A stretch of DNA of 64,000 bases from Thermoplasmata archaeon (GTDB lineage Archaea; Thermoplasmatota; Thermoplasmata; Thermoplasmatales; ARK-15), in contig JBAMMA010000001.1 of assembly GCA_039794005.1 (NCBI GenBank), forward strand, positions 67,779 to 131,778, in the 5' to 3' direction. Under the pieces are notes generated by a model that saw only the letters and a list, made by a program, of their open reading frames with translations, had not been told where the DNA came from and did no database searches. Of the stretch, positions 59,163 through 64,000 are shown piece by piece; position 1 is the stretch's first letter, and each line of letters starts with the position of its first letter. The position numbers and the translations under genes are program-made.

Positions 59163-60283
59163 TATATATGGATTTTGATTTACCGCCAGAAATATTGGAA
59201 AAAAAGAAAAAAGTGAGGGAATTTGCCTTGAAAAATTTTGATATGGAAAAGGCAAAATATTACGATCTAAATGAAAAGTTCCCATTTGAAATTAGAAAAA
59301 AGGCACTTGAAGAAGGTATAATTGAATATGACCCATGGGCACTTTTAGTTACTATAGAAGAACTATTTAGGGTAGATCCAGGAATGGGTTTTTCAGTATT
59401 TTCACCATTTTTTGGAAATGAGAACATAATGTTATTAGGAACAGATTATCAAAAGAAGAAATATCTTGAGCCAGTACTGAGGGGAGAAAAGATAATGGGA
59501 TTTGCTGTAACCGAGCCTGTAGCCGGAAGCGATGTGGCAGGAATTCAGAGCAGAATAGAAAAAAAGGACGGCAAATGGATACTTAATGGGAATAAAATGT
59601 TTATAACAAATGGTTCCATTGCTGATTTCCTTGTTGTTCTGGCAAGGAATGGCCCACCCCCTTCACAGGAAAAAAGGCATCATAACATGACATTTTCAAT
59701 AGTTGAAATGAACTGGAAAGGTGTATCAAGAAATAAATTGACAGGTAAAATGGGTATGAGGGCATCAGATACGGCAGAAATAATATTCGAAAATGTAGAA
59801 GTACCTGAAGAGAATATTTTAGGCGAAGTAGGAAAAGGATTTTACATAGCCATGCAATTCTTTAACATATCGAGAATTTATGTTGCAGCAATGGCATTGG
59901 GTATTGCTCAAGGTGCTCTTGACAGATTATTGAATAGAGCGTACAATGATAAAGAATTTTCATCAAACGAGCATGTACAATTTACAATTGCAGAAGTTGC
60001 AACAAGAATAGAAGCTGCAAGGCTATTAACTTATAAAGCTGCAACATATCTGTTCCAAATGAATCCGGATCCAGTTCTCACAAGTATGGCTAAATATTAC
60101 GCAGCTGAGACTGGGACATATGCAACAGAGAGGGCATTATCATTATTAGGACTTGACGGTGCATTGACTGAGCTAGAAAGAATTTTTAGAGATGCAAAAA
60201 TAAATGAAATTTGGGAAGGGTCGAGTGAAATTGAAGAACTAACAATATACAGAATGTTAATGAAAAAGTATGGAGGAATATAA
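59159..60283 (+). CDS. Acyl-CoA dehydrogenase (catalytically complete)
   Basis: 'FAVTEPVAGSDVAG', 'KMFITNG', 'FRDAKINEIWEGSSEI' (the catalytic Glu position is conserved). Confidence 0.9.
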   Translation: MIYMDFDLPPEILEKKKKVREFALKNFDMEKAKYYDLNEKFPFEIRKKALEEGIIEYDPWALLVTIEELFRVDPGMGFSVFSPFFGNENIMLLGTDYQKKKYLEPVLRGEKIMGFAVTEPVAGSDVAGIQSRIEKKDGKWILNGNKMFITNGSIADFLVVLARNGPPPSQEKRHHNMTFSIVEMNWKGVSRNKLTGKMGMRASDTAEIIFENVEVPEENILGEVGKGFYIAMQFFNISRIYVAAMALGIAQGALDRLLNRAYNDKEFSSNEHVQFTIAEVATRIEAARLLTYKAATYLFQMNPDPVLTSMAKYYAAETGTYATERALSLLGLDGALTELERIFRDAKINEIWEGSSEIEELTIYRMLMKKYGGI

Positions 60284-61309
60284 ATGATAGATGAAGAGCA
60301 TGCTGTTTTAGAATCAATAATAAAGGAGTTTGCCACAAAGGAAATAGAACCGAAGGTTAAATCAATTGAAGTTAATGGTATTGATCAAGACATATTGCAA
60401 AAATTGGTTTCACAGGGATTTTTGGGTGCTCTGGCATCTGCAGAAAATGGAGGCGCTAACTTGGATGACCTGGGATACGCGATTTTATTAAGGGAGCTTG
60501 CATCATCAAGTCCATCGATTTCATTTTTGGTATTTTTGGAAAATTCATTTGTTATAAAATCCTTGAATAATGATCCCTCCATTAAAGACATTTCAACTGG
60601 TAGTTACCTTGGAACCTTTGCGTTTGGAAATTTAATTGGTATGAAAGAATATGGAAAAATCTCTATCGATGAAGGAATAAGTGGTTATCTCAGAGCAGTA
60701 TTTATGCCAGAAGCGAAGATTTTACTTGTTGATAATGGAAAAGGAGAGATTATTAAAACTGAAAATTGTCATGAAATCATTAAAAACGAAGACCAACTGG
60801 GCTTCAGGGGCATAAAATTTTCAACTGTTGAATTGAACTGTAAAAATTATATCAAAACAGGTGTAAAAACTTCAGATATAATGAGAAATATACATTTGCC
60901 AATTGCAGCCATGGCAATTGGAATTGCGAAAGGATCAATTATGAAAGCCATAGATTATGCAGGTCAAAGGGAGGCATTTATGCACAAGTTAAAAGATTTT
61001 GAACCAATAGCATTCAATTTATCAAAAGCATACTCTGAACTTGAAATATTAAACAATTACCTAATTGAAGCAGCGACAAACAGGGATTATAAAAAAGACC
61101 TGATGATTAAAACCTTAGCTCTTGATTTTGCCAAGCGTGCATCAAAGCTGGCATTGCAAACACATGGTGGCTATGGTTATCTCTTGGATTTTGGCATTGA
61201 AAAGTTTTACAGAGATTCAATGTTTTTGTCTATAGTTTTAGGAAATGAACTATTTGATCTAAAAGATTTATCAAAGGAAGTATTTGGAGGCGAATCTGGA
61301 TTCATCTAA
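60284..61309 (+). CDS. Acyl-CoA dehydrogenase-like protein lacking the FAD-binding motif and the catalytic Glu
   Basis: ACAD fold signatures 'LQTHGGYGYL' and 'FYRDSMF' are present. No 'TEP.AGSD' motif. The 'YEGT' position reads 'VLGN'. Starts 1 nt after the previous ACAD stop. Confidence 0.7.
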   Translation: MIDEEHAVLESIIKEFATKEIEPKVKSIEVNGIDQDILQKLVSQGFLGALASAENGGANLDDLGYAILLRELASSSPSISFLVFLENSFVIKSLNNDPSIKDISTGSYLGTFAFGNLIGMKEYGKISIDEGISGYLRAVFMPEAKILLVDNGKGEIIKTENCHEIIKNEDQLGFRGIKFSTVELNCKNYIKTGVKTSDIMRNIHLPIAAMAIGIAKGSIMKAIDYAGQREAFMHKLKDFEPIAFNLSKAYSELEILNNYLIEAATNRDYKKDLMIKTLALDFAKRASKLALQTHGGYGYLLDFGIEKFYRDSMFLSIVLGNELFDLKDLSKEVFGGESGFI

Positions 61310-61313
61310 ATCA

Positions 61314-61322
61314 TTTTTTTTT
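61314..61322 (+). terminator. Oligo-T run (T9) directly after the last beta-oxidation gene; possible archaeal terminator
   Basis: The sequence TAAATCATTTTTTTTT follows the stop at 61309. Archaeal termination commonly uses T-tracts. Confidence 0.35.
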
Positions 61323-61513
61323 ATTTTATACAGATATCTTATCATTAAATTAATTTAAAAGATCTTAGAGCATTTTTAATAAATTTTATTAAACAGAATA
61401 ACAGAATAGAAATTAATAAAAAACAAAGTTTTTAATTTAACACCATTATAATTTATTTATCAAATAAAAGAATAAAAAATAATTTAAATTTAAAATCATT
61501 ATTAATTTTAATA

Positions 61514-61519
61514 GGAGGT
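61514..61519 (+). promoter_or_regulatory. Shine-Dalgarno-like GGAGGT upstream of the MBL-fold gene
   Basis: 6-nt spacing to the ATG at 61526. Confidence 0.45.
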
Positions 61520-61525
61520 TTATTG

Positions 61526-62407
61526 ATGGAAATTATATCGGAAGAAGGAATGATCGATGAAGACATCATGATGGTCGATGTAAATGGCTGGCTATATCCA
61601 AAAACCACATCCTCTTTTATAATATATGGAAAAGAGATCGGAATATTTGATCCTGGAGGAAGAACATCAGGTGAAAAATTAATTAAAAGATTGAATGAAA
61701 TGAAAATATCCGGTAAATTCATAAATTTCTTTGTTTCACACAGGCATGCCGATCATTCTGCAGGAGCCGCATATTTGATAAATAGGATAAAGAATGGCAT
61801 AATACATGCCCATCCAATTACAATAGCTAATTTAATAAATCCAGATAAAATAAATAAAGCAACAGTTGAGATGTATGGTAATCTGGGAGAAATAATTGAA
61901 TATGTTAACAATGAATATTTACATGCTGTTGTAGAACCAAGCAAGATAGATTTAGGTAATGGTCATGTCATTGAAGTAATCAATACTCCAGGCCATACCT
62001 CAGATCATCTCATGTATTATGATGAAAAATCACAATTTCTATTTTTGGGTGATGGGGCTGGATTATTCTCGCCTGAATCTGGTATTCCATTGCCAAATTC
62101 TTTTCCTCCAAGCTTTAAATATGAAGAATATAGAAAATCGTTATTGAAGATAATGGATTATGAACCAAAAATTATAGGATTTTCACATTATGGTTCGGTG
62201 AAGGGATCTGCTGTAAAAAAGATATTGAATTTATCAATAGAAATATTGGACGACTGGTACAAAATATTTACAGAAAATGATAGACTTAATGCTGAACAGA
62301 TTATATTTGAAAAATATTCCGATGATTTGAAGATATTTAGTCCGGATTTTAGAAATGAAATTTTAGAAATTATTATAGATGGATTTTTTAAAAATCTGGT
62401 CAAGTGA
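61526..62407 (+). CDS. Metallo-beta-lactamase fold hydrolase
   Basis: 'SHRHADHSAG' (HxHxDH), 'TPGHTSDH', 'LGDG', 'FSHYG'. Confidence 0.8.
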   Translation: MEIISEEGMIDEDIMMVDVNGWLYPKTTSSFIIYGKEIGIFDPGGRTSGEKLIKRLNEMKISGKFINFFVSHRHADHSAGAAYLINRIKNGIIHAHPITIANLINPDKINKATVEMYGNLGEIIEYVNNEYLHAVVEPSKIDLGNGHVIEVINTPGHTSDHLMYYDEKSQFLFLGDGAGLFSPESGIPLPNSFPPSFKYEEYRKSLLKIMDYEPKIIGFSHYGSVKGSAVKKILNLSIEILDDWYKIFTENDRLNAEQIIFEKYSDDLKIFSPDFRNEILEIIIDGFFKNLVK

Positions 62408-62413
62408 AAGATT

Positions 62414-63304
62414 ATGTTGAAGGTTATTGATATATGTAAAAGATTTGAAAATAAATTGGTTTTGGAAAATATATCATTTGAGATAAAAAGGGGTATGGTA
62501 TTCTCATATCTAGGTCCAAATGGTGCCGGAAAAACAACTACCATTAGAATATTAAGTGGTATTTTAAAATATGATTGTGGAAAGATAATATTCAATGATG
62601 AAGAAATGTCCCCACATGATGTCAGGTTAAGAAAAAGATCAGGTCTTTTAACAGAAAATCCCGGTTTTTATGAAAGGTTTGATGCGATTAAAAATTTAAA
62701 GTTCTTTGGCAGTTTACATGGTTTGAATGAAAATGATTTAAATGATAGGATAAACCGGATGTTGAAGGAATTCGATCTCTTTGAATATAAGGACAAACCA
62801 GTGGGGACGTATTCAAAAGGAATGAAGCAGAAATTGGCATTAATAAGGGCTCTGATTCATGATCCAGATATTGTTTATTTGGACGAACCAACCGCTTCAT
62901 TAGATCCAGAAACATCCATTTTTGTCAGAAATTTGATTTTGAATTTAAGGAAAAATGGAAAGGGTGTTTTTCTCAGCACGCACAATCTGAACGAAGCAGA
63001 GCAATTAAGTGATTGGGTAGCATTGATAAATAAAAAAATCGTTATCCAAGGACCTATTGAAAAATTAAAAAGTATGCTCTTTGGTAAAAATATCATAATA
63101 GAATTCCGGGGAGATTTGGAGAAAGTTAAAACGATACTCAAAGAATATCAATTTGAAATATATGATCATAAAATAAGATTAAAAAACGTTGAAGATATTT
63201 CAAAAATTTTAAAGGAGCTAATCTATGGAGATATTAATGTTTATTATGTTTATCAGGAGGAGCATAATCTGGAAGAGATATATCTGGAGATGATATCAAA
63301 ATGA
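62414..63304 (+). CDS. ABC transporter ATP-binding protein (ABC-2/CcmA-like exporter type)
   Basis: 'GPNGAGKTT', Q-loop, signature 'YSKGMKQKL' and Walker B 'VYLDEPT'. Confidence 0.9.
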   Translation: MLKVIDICKRFENKLVLENISFEIKRGMVFSYLGPNGAGKTTTIRILSGILKYDCGKIIFNDEEMSPHDVRLRKRSGLLTENPGFYERFDAIKNLKFFGSLHGLNENDLNDRINRMLKEFDLFEYKDKPVGTYSKGMKQKLALIRALIHDPDIVYLDEPTASLDPETSIFVRNLILNLRKNGKGVFLSTHNLNEAEQLSDWVALINKKIVIQGPIEKLKSMLFGKNIIIEFRGDLEKVKTILKEYQFEIYDHKIRLKNVEDISKILKELIYGDINVYYVYQEEHNLEEIYLEMISK

Positions 63305-64000
63305 ATCTCAAAAATGTTAATATAATATTCAAAAAAGATTTAGAAGAATTATTAACATTGAATATCGTGAAATTTTCAATAATATTTTTTCCCATGTTAT
63401 TTTTATTCATTTTATCATCCGTTTTAATAATATCATTCTATCAGATAGGTCATCTGAGCAATCTTCCACTGAGTACATTTCCGGTAAATAGTGGAAATAT
63501 ACACAATTTAGAAATATTCTATTACATTGCACTAAATTATTTAATACTACTATCTGTTGTTCCACTAGGTCTTTCCACAACGATTGCTTCATATAGCATT
63601 GTAGGCGAAAAACAACAGAAAACGATAGAACCAATACTTGCAACACCCCTGGATGATAGGGAACTCTTTTTTGGAAAATTACTGGCCCCTCTGATACCCA
63701 CATTAATCGCATCGTATATTTCAATTTTTATCTATACAATAATAGCAGATTATCTCTCCTTAAATCTTGGAGGTATAATATTCCCAAATATACAATGGCT
63801 TATAATCGTATTTATATTTATTCCATCATCTACAGCATTGGAAATTTTGTTTACCCTTCTCTTCTCCTCAAGGGTTACAGATCCAAGATCCGCACAACAA
63901 ATTTCAGGAATGATAATTTTACCCATTATTATAATATTTATATTGTCGTTATTCTACTACAGTTATGAGCCAATTTTACTCTCTATCATGACAATCGCGG
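63301..64000 (+). CDS. ABC-2 type transporter permease (NatB-like), 3' end outside the window; not in the ORF track
   Basis: The ATG overlaps the ATPase stop (ATGA). Hand translation is stop-free to base 64000. Multiple TM segments and 'SIVGEKQQKTIEPILATP', which is typical of ABC-2 permeases. Confidence 0.75.
   Translation, partial: MNLKNVNIIFKKDLEELLTLNIVKFSIIFFPMLFLFILSSVLIISFYQIGHLSNLPLSTFPVNSGNIHNLEIFYYIALNYLILLSVVPLGLSTTIASYSIVGEKQQKTIEPILATPLDDRELFFGKLLAPLIPTLIASYISIFIYTIIADYLSLNLGGIIFPNIQWLIIVFIFIPSSTALEILFTLLFSSRVTDPRSAQQISGMIILPIIIIFILSLFYYSYEPILLSIMTIA

Noticed and set aside
62188-63724. Minus-strand ORFs 62188-62595, 62688-62915, 62875-63141 and 63407-63724.
   Set aside because: They are antisense to the MBL hydrolase, the ABC ATPase and the unlisted ABC-2 permease. 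The sense-strand genes have clear signatures.
1-64000. Search for rRNA genes, CRISPR arrays, integrases, prophage or plasmid modules, toxin-antitoxin pairs and known defence systems.
   Set aside because: None found by reading. The only GC-rich non-coding islands are the two tRNAs. I saw no tandem repeat arrays, no tyrosine or serine recombinase motifs, and no duplicated tRNA 3' fragments that would mark att sites.

Overview
This window is a very AT-rich, densely packed stretch of archaeal chromosome. The archaeal assignment rests on gene content: Orc1/Cdc6, ApgM, a Nob1-like PIN nuclease, a tricorn-factor-type M1 aminopeptidase, Ahb-type heme genes, KaiC-like ATPases and a domain-swapped FadB. 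The content looks like an aerobic or thermoacidophilic lineage (Thermoplasmata- or Sulfolobales/Acidilobales-like), but I cannot place it more precisely. I support about 65 protein genes and two GC-rich tRNAs, Ser-GGA and Cys-GCA. I found no rRNA, no CRISPR array and no intact mobile element.

Main blocks:
- Phosphate uptake: a Pho84-type MFS transporter paired with an AbrB-PhoU regulator.
- A decayed TnpB-like fragment beside tRNA-Ser.
- A cysS-folC-hflX run followed by orc1/cdc6.
- An 11-gene tetrapyrrole locus: hemA, hemB, hemL, hemC, hemD, the uroporphyrinogen-III methyltransferase (SUMT), precorrin-2 dehydrogenase, and the siroheme-dependent Ahb genes.
- sufCBD.
- A beta-oxidation cluster: SCP2, a 3-hydroxyacyl-CoA dehydrogenase/enoyl-CoA hydratase fusion, thiolase and two acyl-CoA dehydrogenase (ACAD) genes.
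- An ABC-2 exporter whose permease gene runs off the 3' edge and is missing from the ORF track.

Best candidates for uncharacterised biology:
1. A winged-helix / KaiC-like ATPase / Roadblock-LC7 module in which the ATPase's second P-loop is dead (44.8-47.0 kb).
2. Two tandem single-domain KaiC-like ATPases translationally coupled to an amidohydrolase (53.0-55.5 kb).
3. A HerA-like ATPase overlapping a small DUF357-like gene instead of a NurA gene.
4. An adjacent ACAD plus degenerate-ACAD pair that suggests a heteromeric enzyme.
5. Two unusually long ORF-free stretches, about 950 bp and about 430 bp.

All family assignments come from reading motifs in the translations. No database search was run.
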